Notes: generated by a model not told the origin, from the letters alone. Shown: positions 26,170 through 37,664, counted from the first letter of the whole stretch. The stretch: 63,740 bases of DNA, filler included, from Choristocarpus tenellus KU-1152 (GCA_964200185.2; 12 parts of 12 records of this genome joined end to end with filler, not necessarily neighbours in it); one strand, 5' to 3'. Numbers and translations are program-made.

Positions 26170-26556
26170 ACGAATGTAAGCATGAATTTAGCCCACCATT
26201 GATGGAAATGCGACAAGTCCATGCACAGAATTTGCTTACTCATTCAAAAAAAGCAAAGGACAATGGACCGCCAACGCACTAAATAGGAGTAACAACAGAT
26301 CAATGGATAATTAGTGGGCATAGTAGTGTATATATATAACACAGAAACAATAAATCAACGGAAAATATGTCTTAAAAAAAAAAATGATATTCTAGGATTC
26401 CCCTGCAACAAATATAGGGGTAGAATCCGTAGTGGTTGCCACCTGGACTAGAAAAAACGAAACCAAAATTGAAAGAAAACAAGTCTAGAGTTTATGGGAT
26501 TCGAAAGTACTGAACTCTTGGAGTGAACAGGTAGCCCAATCTAAAAGCTAAAAGGA

Positions 26557-26628
26557 GGCGCGTAGAGGGGTTCGAACCCTCGACCACCACAACCCAAATG
26601 TGGTATGCTACCACTGCACCATACGCGC
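26557..26628 (-). tRNA. trnP-UGG: tRNA-Pro (anticodon TGG)
   Basis: 72-nt cloverleaf: acceptor GCGCGTA/TACGCGC, D arm GTGC-AGTGGTA-GCAT, anticodon arm CCACA-TTTGGGT-TGTGG, T arm GAGGG-TTCGAAC-CCCTC. No encoded CCA. TTTT Pol III terminator 3 nt downstream. Confidence 0.95.
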
Positions 26629-27129
26629 ACAAAGACTTCAAGAATCTGGAATGTGTACACATTTAAAAATAAAGAATATTAGAAACAACTATTGTTACAG
26701 AGGTCTTTGTCGTATCCGAGTTGCTTTGGTCTTTGTATTATCCCTCCTCTGACAAACACATCTGTTAAATGTTAGTGGACATTAACAAATATGAAAAAAA
26801 TAAACTGTTAAACGGTGTAGATAGATTAAAGTATTTATACTGTTTGGGGTACATGCACAACATCATTTTGCAGATTTCCAAGTGGATTTAAATTTGTGAG
26901 TTAGTCATTGCCTCACCTGAAAGAAGTTCTCAGTCAAAACTTTAAGAGAACCCTGTTAAGCTATTTACTTAGAAGTGTAATACTCTATGCACTAACAACT
27001 CCGACAAAACGCTTTGCAATATCAAAAGGCAACGGAAGAAAAATCAACTCAAGCGAAACAATTAGAAAGCAGCATTTAGTAGATAGTAGTGGTGGTGATG
27101 GTGGTTATTTGGGTTCAGCTTCAGCCCCA

Positions 27130-27860
27130 AGTGCAACTCTTCAGCCTAGGTATCATGGTTGCTTCCTTTGGAAATTCGTGATGCCACCAACCACACACCC
27201 ATACCATCTCTATTGGTTGCTTGCCTTAGTGCCCTGTCCCTTAACCATGATCTCAAAAACTTCTCGAGGTTGTCCAGCAGGTATATCCACCAGATCTCCT
27301 CCTGCCCACCTTGCTTTAGGTTCCATCTGAGAGTCCTCAAACACCCAACCGCATCTTGGGAAGTCACTCATCCTCTAGGGGTACCATGAAACCTGCAAAT
27401 AACAGTGTCCGTTTCCATATAGACACACACCTCTAGTCTCTGAAACCCAAGTCTTTACAAGCCATTTTTGTAGGACGGACAGTGCATAATCAATGCGTTC
27501 CCGTTTGCCAAATCTGAAGCAACATGTGAGGGATTTGAAGTGATAGAAGATATTGTTCATATGGTGGATGTGATGAAGTGCAATACAACCATATATATAG
27601 CGACTGGTCTTGGTAACAATAGAAATAGTTCATCACTGATGGTATGCCTCTAGGGTAAACAAAGTTGCCCAACTACTTGAAATTTTGACCCAGCGCCCAG
27701 ATCTATGTAATGTCTGTGACCTTGTTCAGATGTCAAAGACGCATGGTCTCTGACTCCAACTTCGATAAAAGCATACCTAGCCACCTTCAAAATCGCTATT
27801 ATTATCATCCTGCACAAACCATATAGCGATTTGATCCTAGATCTATCTGCGGCTATTCTG
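27130..27860 (-). mobile_element. Degenerate RTE-like LINE, 3' part of the RT ORF
   Basis: Broken frames give NFK*LG (FKYLG), FGKRERIDYALS, SIWKRTLLFAGFMVPLEDE*LPK and GGQEEIWWIYLLDNL, typical of the RTE-clade C-terminus. Confidence 0.7.
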
Positions 27861-28229
27861 TTACTTTATTCTCCGGATTAAATGAATGACTGGACAAAAA
27901 AAATGTTTGCCCACAAAATACATGCATCTATGATGGCAGTTTTAGGTTAGGCAAGTTGTGGTTCTGTTCTCCTGTGTTCTGTTCATTGTTATTCTATCTT
28001 GCGATGGACAGAACACAGCAGAGTAACCATATGTAACAATTGCACTTGCATTGTCCATAGGAAGAAAGAAAAGTCTGTTAGAATATATATGAGAAAAAAA
28101 TGGAGGGGGAACAAGTCACTAAAGGATGCGTACTGTGTAGTATGTAATGCCAAACGTTTGTGCTTCTATCGGTAAAACTTATTTGCAAATTCTTTAGTAT
28201 GCACTGGTATATTACAGAAGGTGTTATTG

Positions 28230-28410
28230 AGGGAAACAAAATGAACTTGAGTGAAAGTAAGCGAGAGGTATCTAGTTTTTGGTCGTTTTGCATTGTGTAA
28301 AACGGTTTTGCAATCACCCATATTTCTATGGGTTAAGTGCTGAGTTGACTTGAGGATGTTGGTTTCTCTATTGTTTGAGATTTTTCGAAACTGAGAAAAT
28401 ATCCTATACG
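28230..28410. repeat. Old dispersed repeat (family H), second copy
   Basis: Inverted homologue of 7520-7720. Confidence 0.55.
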
Positions 28411-29090
28411 TATTAGCCACTGAATGCAAGACTACAACTTTCAGAGTATGTACTGCTGACAGTAAATGCCTTCTGATGCACCAACTAACTAACATCACAG
28501 TCAATTCAAAACAAGAAAACAAGAAACAACAAACCTGTTGAAACCCATACAGCTGACACTATTTCAGGCGAATAGTTGAACCTTTTGGCTGTCGGAGTAT
28601 CTCAAGAGTCCTGCACAGGCATCAGCGTCATCTATATGCTTGTGGACTGGAGCTATGTATCTCGGGGAGGTAAAGTTTTGAGCGTGTTTTACATTTATTC
28701 ATAATATTCATAACTTTGGAGGCGTTGTAAGGTTGAGTGTCAGGATATAATTTTGCATTTTTTTTTAGGACCTAAAACTTCCTGGTAAAAGAGTTGACTG
28801 GACTTGATATTTTTTGTATCTCCGTTCTAAACAAATGGGAGTATAGAAGCTCAACAAACTGTTTGAACAAATATACGGTAGGTGTAGGGCCTACAGGTTA
28901 GTTTTATACCCTTTACCGTGAAATGCGTAGAATAATATACCGTGTGTAATGTGCTACTAAAATATATTTAATATGCCCACTGACATTTTGAAGATGTGCC
29001 AGGGGAAAAAACAATGAAAGCTACTAACATGTTAGAAAAAACCCTAAAAAAGTACAAGTTGTCATAAATGTGAAAGACATTTTTCTATTT

Positions 29091-29433
29091 GCTATTTTAC
29101 TATCAGCAATGCTGTGCTACGGCCTTCCTGTGCCTCCAACCTAGCTTAATCCTGCACCACAGGATCAGGAGCTAGGGAAGCACCCCGAGAATCTAACAAG
29201 TCCGTCCTTGCCCATCTCTCTGGTATCTCCAGCTTAAAACACATCACACGTCTAAATAGAGCTATTTACTATCAGCAATGCTGTACTACGGCCTTCCTGT
29301 GCCTCCAACCTAGCTTAATCCTGCACCACAGGATCAGGAGCTAGGGAAGCACCCCGAGAATCTAACAAGTCCTTCCTTGCCCATCTCTCTGGTGTCTCCA
29401 GCTTAAAACACATCACACGTCTAAATATAGCTA
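29091..29433. repeat. ~170-bp tandem duplication within the RLE LINE
   Basis: GCTATTT(T)ACTATCAGCAATGCTGT...CACGTCTAAATA occurs twice, nearly identical. Confidence 0.9.
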
Positions 29434-29706
29434 CTTTCGTTGTGACTGAGACTATCTGTCATAGATGGGATTTGACATCTACTTTTATGCTGTAGCCTCC
29501 TATCCCTCCCCCCCTACTGCATACAAAGCTAGCTCATCCAGAAAAACTTTCCTCTTGCTTACCGAGGTGCCCAAAACTTTCCACCATGAAGGTGTTAAGG
29601 TTACAACTACGAGGGTCAAAAGATCCCTCCTAGTTGGTGTGCTTTCGCGGCTCAGCTGCAGCAGCAGTTACACCATTGCTGGTGGATGAGTGTGGGAGGT
29701 TGAGAT

Positions 29707-29882
29707 GGCTCAAAGTATCTGGGGGGGGGGCGGCTGTCCATTTGGGGTCAGTTCTTTCATGTCGCGATTCTTGCGTGATTTGGTTTCATACGTCGGATGG
29801 ATAATGTAAATGCACTTTTCTGATTTTGGCCCAAATAGACACCCCGGTGTAGAGCCCCCCCCTTCTACAGATACTTTCCGTC
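29707..29882 (+). mobile_element. MITE family B, complete, inserted in the RLE LINE
   Basis: GGCTCAAAGTATCTGGGGG...CAGATACTTTCCGTC. Flanks AGAT/AGGT (4 bp, one mismatch). Confidence 0.85.
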
Positions 29883-29994
29883 AGGTACTGCCTTNNNNNN
29901 NNNNNNNNNNNNNNNNNNNNNNNNNNNNNNNNNNNNNNTTAATTAATTAANNNNNNNNNNNNNNNNNNNNNNNNNNNNNNNNNNNNNNNNNNNN

Positions 29995-30112
29995 GTTATA
30001 ACTACGAGTATCAAAGGAACCCTCGTAGTGGGTGCGCTTTCGCGCCTCAGCTGCAGCAGCAGCTACACCATTGCTGGCGGGTGAATGGGTGAGGTGGGAG
30101 GTGGCCTGTACC
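29995..30112 (-). mobile_element. RLE-LINE endonuclease fragment
   Basis: Reads VQATSHLTHSPASNGVAAAAAEARKRTHYEGSFDTRSYN. Homologous to 29600-29706. Confidence 0.8.
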
Positions 30113-30540
30113 TATATTATTATGCCCTCTGACATTTTGCAGATGTGTCAGGGGGGAAACCAATCAAAGCTATATATATGTCGTTATTAGCCCTAAAGAA
30201 ATAAAATATCCTAAACATAAGAACACTATAAAAACATTTAAGTGTGGAAACCACTAATCAGTTACTTAACCACTGTCAGATATTGTACTACTGTCTTCCT
30301 TTGCTTCCCATCTACCTACTCCTGTGTCCGGGGGGGGGAGCTAGAATCCAACAGACCCCTCCGTGCCCATTTCCCTGGTGACTAGTTTGAAGCGCATGAC
30401 ACGTAGAGATAATGCCACTTGCGTAGTAACCGAAAAAAATTGGCGTAGCCTGGATTTAACTACCCCTTATGTATCGTTTTCATTGGTTTCCCCCCTGACA
30501 CATACATGTGCAAAATGTCAGAGGGCATAATAATAAAATA
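30113..30540. mobile_element. Head-to-head pair of RLE-LINE 3' ends
   Basis: Long arm 30466-30113 (minus) encodes GVVKSRLRQFFSVTTQVALSLRVMRFKL...* plus UTR and tail. Short arm ~30475-30540 (plus) is the UTR tip plus tail. Confidence 0.8.
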
Positions 30541-31454
30541 TACATACGTGGAATGAAGTTGACGTAACCTTTACATGTGTATGTGGCGTTATACCGTTAT
30601 ACCGTCATACTATTGTACCGATCGAGTTTCCTTGTCAAGCATCCATGATTCCACTCGCGCACCTTCCATCAGAATTAAACAATGGAATCTCTTCACGAGA
30701 CCAATCCCACGAACTTGGGACAGCTCGTCATTCAGAGTTGTGACACATGAAAGATTCACTTTGTTCTCACGTCTGAACTTGTGCTGATGAAGCCTCATCT
30801 CTGAAGATGCCCATCATCACTCCTCAATTTGCACTTGTCTAACCTTAACCTCGTATCCTCGGTTACAGTTCGTCTTTGTTCGTCTGGTCTATCTTGCCTA
30901 GTGGTTCTCTTCGCCACCCGTACCTGAGTGAACCGCGCCGCCACAGAATCACACGATTCACATCTATGTTAAACCTATTAAGGCATTGTAGTGGTGGATT
31001 TGTCGATAATGGGGGGTGAATAATAGTGAGTATGAGGATAGTGACAAAGCATTTTTGGAACTATTTCTAAACTCTTCGACATCGTAAATATGGAGAAACC
31101 GATTAATTTAGTGGATGAAGAGGTTTAAGAACTTGACCAAGTATTTTCGTCCCTCAATTATTATAATCAATCTTTTTGGAAAGACAATAATTGTTCTAAT
31201 TTTTATATACCATTGAGAATAATATTTTTCGGAATAGAATAATATTTTGTTGGTTTGATATCTAGAGCAATCTTCGTTCTATATGTTCCGACGCGCCAGT
31301 CACTACAACAGCAGAGTGGACCAGGTCTAGTTGGAGAATAACATAGTATTCTTTGTCACCCTTAAAATGATAACCGAACGTGCGCACGCGCACGACAAAG
31401 TGGTAGACTGCGCCTCATTTCAAGAAGGTTTTCACCAGTAACAAAGCACACTAT

Positions 31455-31602
31455 AACAGCCGATTTCAAAAATTGAGGTTGGAGCTTTTCATTGAGGATG
31501 GGCTTGACCCAAAATTGACTGGGATAAAGTGTTGATATGTTTTTTTTTAAAATATCAATAATTTTGGGTCAAGCCCATCCTCAATTTTTGAAATCGGCTG
31601 TT
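31455..31602. mobile_element. MITE family E, complete (148 bp)
   Basis: TIR AACAGCCGATTTCAAAAATTGAGG...CCTCAATTTTTGAAATCGGCTGTT. 4-bp TSD CTAT at 31451-31454 and 31603-31606. Confidence 0.9.
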
Positions 31603-32007
31603 CTATACCAAGTAATATCAGTCAATTTGTTTATTCTAATACAGTAGTTTCACTCAGTGTTGTTCAAAATTGAAGCGCTGGGACGACCTACCTCACCTAT
31701 GGTTAGAGGCACTACATGAACAAGCATTGAGCCAAAGCAAACGAGATGCCAAGATTTATTTGCACATATTTGACAGCATCAGTAAAATGCTACTTTGGGT
31801 ACCTCTCGTTTACTTTTACTTACTGCAACTAACTGCACCTAGTATCATACGATCTATTTATGCAAACTGAAAGCAGCAACATCAAGAGGACCTAGAAACC
31901 TCCCCTCCACACCATCAATAATGCTACTCCCTACTATTATTATCATATCAATACTTGCCATACATATACCCCATGGCAATTCACTCATCATGCAAGCAAG
32001 AACTCTA

Positions 32008-32268
32008 AGCCAAAGTATCTTAGAGGGTAGGGCCACGTCCATTTGGGGGTGAAAATCCAATGTTGCGATTTTAATGTAATTTTGGCTATCGTGTTTGTTA
32101 GTTAGGGGTCAATATCCATGTTTTGGACACACTTTTTTCATAACATACACATTTTACCTACTCCAAAACATTTTGGAGTAGAAAAATGTCATAAAAAACC
32201 CCATGGGAAGCCAAGCTCTAAAATGGACAAACAGGGCAAAACTCATACTATCTAAGATACTTTCACTC
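32008..32268 (+). mobile_element. MITE family A, complete
   Basis: AGCCAAAGTATCTTAGAGGG...AGATACTTTCACTC with TSD TCTA. Confidence 0.9.
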
Positions 32269-33302
32269 TCTACCTTGATGGAGAATATGCATTCCTCCCC
32301 CAAAACAAAAAGAACTGTTGCTTCCTTGGGCAACTAGAGCTTTGATACATTTGCTAGTAGTAAATACCCCAGGCGGCAATACCTAATCCAGTAAAGTGAG
32401 TTGATTTTAATTCAGGCGCATCCCAACAAAAAGAAAAAACTAGCATCATAATTAGTAGTTATGCTGGCATGCATTGCCAGCAGCCCAATGATGTTTGTAC
32501 TGGTAAACCAGAGCACAAGAAAAACAAGGCAATTAATTCAACAGACCCTCTGGGTGACATAGTCTCAACAAAGCAGACAAGTAATCCTATTTATAACGCC
32601 ATGATTGCCTCTTCTTGCTGGAGACAACACAGCACGACTCACTCTTGCACTCATGGGTGAGAGTGCAAACCTATGTAACACCAATAAAAATGTCCAGCAA
32701 GAGCAAGTCTTCCGACTGGGCAAAAAAACAACCTACTTACAGGTGGCATGCTATTCATTCATTTTCAATAGCCGCTGCATAGATAATATTCATCTAGCCG
32801 AGAGGGCAACATTCAATAATTGATGGATAAAAGGACTAAATACATGATCCTTCATGACCAAAATTACGGCATGGTATGAGGAGAAAGGCGATGTACGTAT
32901 TTCTGTGTAAATGCAACACACTACATTCCTCCGCACATGTTTTTTCTCCTTTCTTTTACAGCAGCCGTATCTAAAATATTCCCAATTCAAGAACAACCGC
33001 TTTCATATGGATACAAAAAGAAGTGCCTAAGAGCTCTATTACCTACCCATGAATGAGTCGCCAGAACTGGTCAATGGTCAACAACTTACAATTCAACTGA
33101 AAAGGAGAGCGTGCATATAGATTGCTAAAAAGTGTCAATTTTCACACTCCTGTACCAATAACCGACACAATTAATGCCGATAGTAAACTAATTCCCCATT
33201 CAGTACTTGTGGGTACCTCTTCCATCGCCTCAACCCAAACACTACAAGGTTGGCAACACTATGAAACAGAAGCACAATGCTCTTTTCATTAAACCCATCC
33301 CT

Positions 33303-33341
<39 letters not shown>

Positions 33342-33484
33342 TTTTCGCTCCCCCCCCCCCCCCCCCCCCCTCCCCTTCTATTCANNNNNNNNNNNNNNNN
33401 NNNNNNNNNNNNNNNNNNNNNNNNNNNNTTAATTAATTAANNNNNNNNNNNNNNNNNNNNNNNNNNNNNNNNNNNNNNNNNNNN

Positions 33485-36400
33485 GCCCGGTAGCAGAAGA
33501 AGAAGACACCCCTTCAGGTGAAGCCAAGGGAGTCCAACATCAATCGGTGAGCCTCAGCGATGCCAATATGGGACAGCTGACACCAAGGCAGAAGAAAAAG
33601 TTGGTGGAATTGTTGGAAGAATTTAGAAATTTAAGGGTATTCCCTGAAGACCCCAAACGAGTTCCCCCAAGCTCTAGAGGAGTATTACATATACCACTAT
33701 TAGACGAGAACTGCACACCCTATGCAGCGAAAAAAAGGCGCTTTTCCCCAGAAGAAACGCAGATGATTCAAGCCGAGGTTAAGCAGTTACAGAAACGTGG
33801 TATTATCAGACCCTCTAACTCAGCATGGGCACCAGCAGTAGTAGCAGTACGTAAGAAAGATGGGACCCTGAGGTTGTGCACAGACTATATGATGCTTAAT
33901 GACCTCTCGCGGAGTGATAGTGAAGGTCTCGGAAACATCACCAGCATCTTTGATAAGTTTAAGGGTTCTAGCTATTTTACTGCTATAGATTTAGCATCAG
34001 GATTCTGTCAACTAGAAATTGCAGAGGTAGAAAAACATAAGGCAGCTTTTCGTGACGCTCATCGACAACTTTGGGAATACAACAGGTGTGGCTTTGGGTT
34101 GAAAATCCTACCTGCAGTATTCTCTAGTTACATGAGAGAGGCATTAGGAGATCTCAAAGGAAACGGTGTGGAAAACTGGCTAGACGATCTTTTTTGCTAT
34201 AGCTCATCATTTGATGAACACATGACCAAACTTCGCCTCCTTCTTACCAGACTCAAGCAATACGACCTGTCTGTGAACTTTCCCAAATCCTCGTGGTGCA
34301 TGCCCTCAAAAGAATTTGTAGGAATGAATGTAGGTAGAGACGGCTTGAGTCCTGCTCCATCAAAAATGGTAGCGGTAGCAAAACTTGATCCCCCATCTAC
34401 AGTTGAGCAGTTAAGAAATTTCCTAGGCATGACAGGATACATGCGACAGTTTGTTCCGAACTATGGCCAAGTAGCTGCACCTCTGACTAACATCCTCCGG
34501 AACAAAGGGTATGCTTCCAAAAGAGACAGGAAGAAGAGTATTCCTTGGGGACCAGAGGAGCAGAAAGCCTTTGAAGAACTTAAGGTGCGTCTGGTCTCTT
34601 CACCAATCCTAGTCTTTCCTGACTGGGATAAGAAGTTCCTTCTCCATACAGATGCTAGTGAGGAAGGGGCTGGAGCAACACTGACCCAGGTACGGGATGA
34701 TGACCAAGAGCATGTCATAGCTTATGCTAGCCATAGATGGTCTAAATCAGACAGTACGAGAGCACCCACTGAAAGGGAATGCATGGCTATCTTGTGGGCT
34801 GTAGAACACTTCCGCTCCTACATTTGGGATAGGGAATTCACCTTAGTCACTGACTGTTCCGCACTGACTTGGCTCTTCAAGAGTCGTGAACTTAGCCCCG
34901 AGCTCCACAGGTGGGCCCTCCGTCTTATGGACCACGATATGGAACTTAAGTGGCGAGCCGGTTCGAAGCACCAACTACCAGATGGACTGTAGCGACTTTC
35001 CTCACCCTCAGATCAAGGTTTGGATATCGACGATTCTTTTCCTGATGATCCATCAGTAGCCTATAGCAAGAACTACGCTGGACCACGAGGACCTGTCTTA
35101 GATGGTGTGTGTTTGCAAGATTTAGGTACATCAGACCTGAGCCCAGGGCACCCCACACTGTCCCCTTGCTCTCTCTGTGCGTTAGTAGATTCAGAACTAG
35201 AGTGTACTCCTTCCCCACATGATGAATTGAGTCTAGGTGTAGCACAGATGTTACTTAAGGAAACAGCTGATGCCACACTCTCAGGAATACTGTCAGCCCT
35301 GCAAGACTGTCACACTGGACCTGATAATATCGAGGCTTAGGCGTTAGAGGTTGGCTACCACCCAGTGGTTCTGAGGATCAAAGTCTGCCAGTGTCTATAC
35401 CCCCACCCTCTGGTTGGATGGCCCCAGATGAAATACCTAGTGTAGGCCCGATACACGCCTCACAGCAACTCTCTCCCCCGCTTAACGCCACTAAGGCTTT
35501 TGGTTGGCAACCTTTACACCCTACCCTCGAAGACAGGGTAGAAATAAAAGGAAAAGCAGGAGAAGAGAAGTCACCTTGCAAGAAACGGCGCACAATTACA
35601 CCAAGGCCAAAGAACAAGAGAGGCAGTGACAGATTAGTCCGAGCAAGTGAGGAGGGTCTAATACCATCCCACTCTCAAGAGAGCAATGACTACTCTTTCA
35701 GACGTTCCAGAACTAGTGGAGAGGCAGAAGAAGGACCCCTTCTTGAGCAGCATACGAGGAGTACTCGAAGGCCAAGAACACTGGAAGCCGTCACTCGAAT
35801 GGGGAAAAGGGAGTATAGATGTGGAGTCATATTCCCTAGATGATAAGGAGTTACTCTGGTACACCCCTGGAGAGTATACACCTAGGTTGGCAGTTCCTCG
35901 TTCACTGAGTTGGGCGCACAGTAGCCCTAACCCGTCGATACTTCTTTTGGCCCTCACTCCACAAAGACACGCAGGATTATGTTTTATCCTGTGGCTGTCG
36001 CAGACGGAAGAGGACCAGGAGCGCACAAGTTGCAATGCTGCCAGCCAAGTTCCTAGAACCATGGGGTGTACTTGAGATGGACCTACAAGATGTAGGACAC
36101 ATTTCAACAAAAGGCAATAATTATCTGTTAAATGTGATTGATAGAGCTTCGAGATTCCCTTTTGCATTTCCCATGGCGTCAAAGGACGCAACTGGAGTAG
36201 CAACAAACGTGTTAGAAGTATGTCTCACATTCGGGATACCTCTGTCAATTCGTAGTGATGAGGGAGGGGAGTTCACAGGAGACGTCACCTTTGCCGTTGG
36301 TTGAAGGTCCCCATCAATTATGGACCAAAAGGTAACTCGAGGGGACAAGGGGGAGTAGAAAAGATGGGAGGCCTGCTTTTAGAACTCTTGTCAGAACTAT

Positions 36401-37324
36401 GTGTGAAGTGGCCAGATAGATGGGATGAGTATGTATCTCCAGCATATTGGGCACAACACACCACCCCAGATCCCTCTGACCCGCTCAACCCCACTCCCTT
36501 CAGAATCCTGTTTGGCTGTGACCCCCGCACACAGCTAGACGCTGTCATACCCAAGTTGGATGGGGACGTAGATGTCGGGGGATTGGATTCCTTCATAGAG
36601 CAAAGAGGACAGAACTTCCGGGAGATACGAGAAGTCCTGTAAAGAAGGATGTCCGCTAGGCAGAGACAGAGAGAGAAAGCCAATGTTTTGATTGCTAGGT
36701 CTTCCCCAAGACTGGGATCCAAACCAGGTGACCTAGTCCTAGTGAAAGAAGCAGACAGCTCTATCTATGGGGAGAAATTGGGCCAGACAAGGGTTGGCAG
36801 GAAGCTAGTCCATGAAAGGTGGACAGGACCGTGGACTGTAAAGGAAATTTCACACAAGAGTAGTAGCATGATAGTAGAACTGCTAGGTAGGCAAACGCGC
36901 CGCGTAATGTTCATGCTTCTTGTGTAAAACCCTTCCACGTAAGACCCATCCATTTGAGACATAGCTTCCAAGAGGAATATGCCCAACTAGTCTGGGAGTC
37001 GGACCTGGGTCTAGCAGAGCAATCCGTGGTAGCAACCCCTATGTACACTCTTACAGACAGAAAAGCAGTACTGTCGCCATCCAATGTATGGCATTGGGAG
37101 TACCGGGGAAAGTATCAGAACGGAGAGATGTCAGACTGGATCACCGAGAAAGAAGCTACGGATAGCTTCACCCCACTCCAGTTAGATGTTTTCCACGCCC
37201 TCTGGGACCTGTATAATCCAGACACGAGCCCACGTCCTACTGACACCTCTCGCCAAGGAAAACCCTTGTCTAGAGAAGATGCATTACGCCTTTTCCCCAC
37301 AGGTACCACTGTCAAGAAGTCATG
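33485..37324 (+). mobile_element. Ty3/Gypsy LTR retrotransposon pol region (RT-RNase H-integrase), degenerate; LTRs not in contig
   Basis: RT and RNase H at 33547-34992. Frameshifted integrase core (EPWGVLEMD, IDRASRFPFAFP, SIRSDEGGEF, GGVEKMG) at ~35700-36640. Chromo-like and Tudor-like C-terminal region follows. Confidence 0.95.
33547..34992 (+). CDS. Gypsy reverse transcriptase + RNase H (open part of a broken pol)
   Basis: Motifs IIRPSNSAWA, KKDGTLRLCTDY, AIDLASGF, WLDD, LRNFLGMTGY, LHTDAS, TERECMAILWAVEHFR, LVTDCSAL. Premature TAG in PDGL*RL. Confidence 0.9.
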   Translation: MSLSDANMGQLTPRQKKKLVELLEEFRNLRVFPEDPKRVPPSSRGVLHIPLLDENCTPYAAKKRRFSPEETQMIQAEVKQLQKRGIIRPSNSAWAPAVVAVRKKDGTLRLCTDYMMLNDLSRSDSEGLGNITSIFDKFKGSSYFTAIDLASGFCQLEIAEVEKHKAAFRDAHRQLWEYNRCGFGLKILPAVFSSYMREALGDLKGNGVENWLDDLFCYSSSFDEHMTKLRLLLTRLKQYDLSVNFPKSSWCMPSKEFVGMNVGRDGLSPAPSKMVAVAKLDPPSTVEQLRNFLGMTGYMRQFVPNYGQVAAPLTNILRNKGYASKRDRKKSIPWGPEEQKAFEELKVRLVSSPILVFPDWDKKFLLHTDASEEGAGATLTQVRDDDQEHVIAYASHRWSKSDSTRAPTERECMAILWAVEHFRSYIWDREFTLVTDCSALTWLFKSRELSPELHRWALRLMDHDMELKWRAGSKHQLPDGL

Positions 37325-37424
37325 NNNNNNNNNNNNNNNNNNNNNNNNNNNNNNNNNNNNNNNNNNNNTTAATTAATTAANNNNNNNNNNNNNNNNNNNN
37401 NNNNNNNNNNNNNNNNNNNNNNNN

Positions 37425-37664
37425 GTAAGAGCCACATCCATTTGAGGGCCAAAATCCAATGTTGCAATTTTGATGTAATTTTGGCTATCATGTTTGTTAG
37501 GAGATGTCAATATCCTCGTTCCGCACACACCTTTTCATAATGTAAACAATTTACCTACTCCGGAACATCTTGGAATAGGTAAAATGTCATTAAAAACCCG
37601 TGGGAAGCCAAGCCCCAAATGGACAAACAGGGCAGAAATCGTACCCTCTAAGATACTTTCACTC
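37425..37664 (+). mobile_element. MITE family A, left tip cut by the contig end
   Basis: Full internal match to 32008-32268. Ends GATACTTTCACTC. Confidence 0.85.

Larger units (their letters stand above)
28963..29894 (-). mobile_element. RLE-type (CRE/R2-like) non-LTR retrotransposon, 3' portion
   Basis: Translates to NGVTAAAAEPRKHTN*EGSFD...TFMVESFGHLGKQ...FLDELA...KSHL*QIVSVTTKVAIFRRVMCFKL, the C-terminal half of a restriction-like endonuclease domain, then a 3' UTR and AT-rich tail. Interrupted by MITE B. Confidence 0.8.

Noticed and set aside
26557-26628. Organellar or bacterial origin of the tRNA-Pro
   Set aside because: G1:C72, C73, no CCA and a Pol III terminator fit a nuclear eukaryotic tRNA-Pro.
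33300-33372. Poly-proline ORF
   Set aside because: Poly-C run at a contig end.
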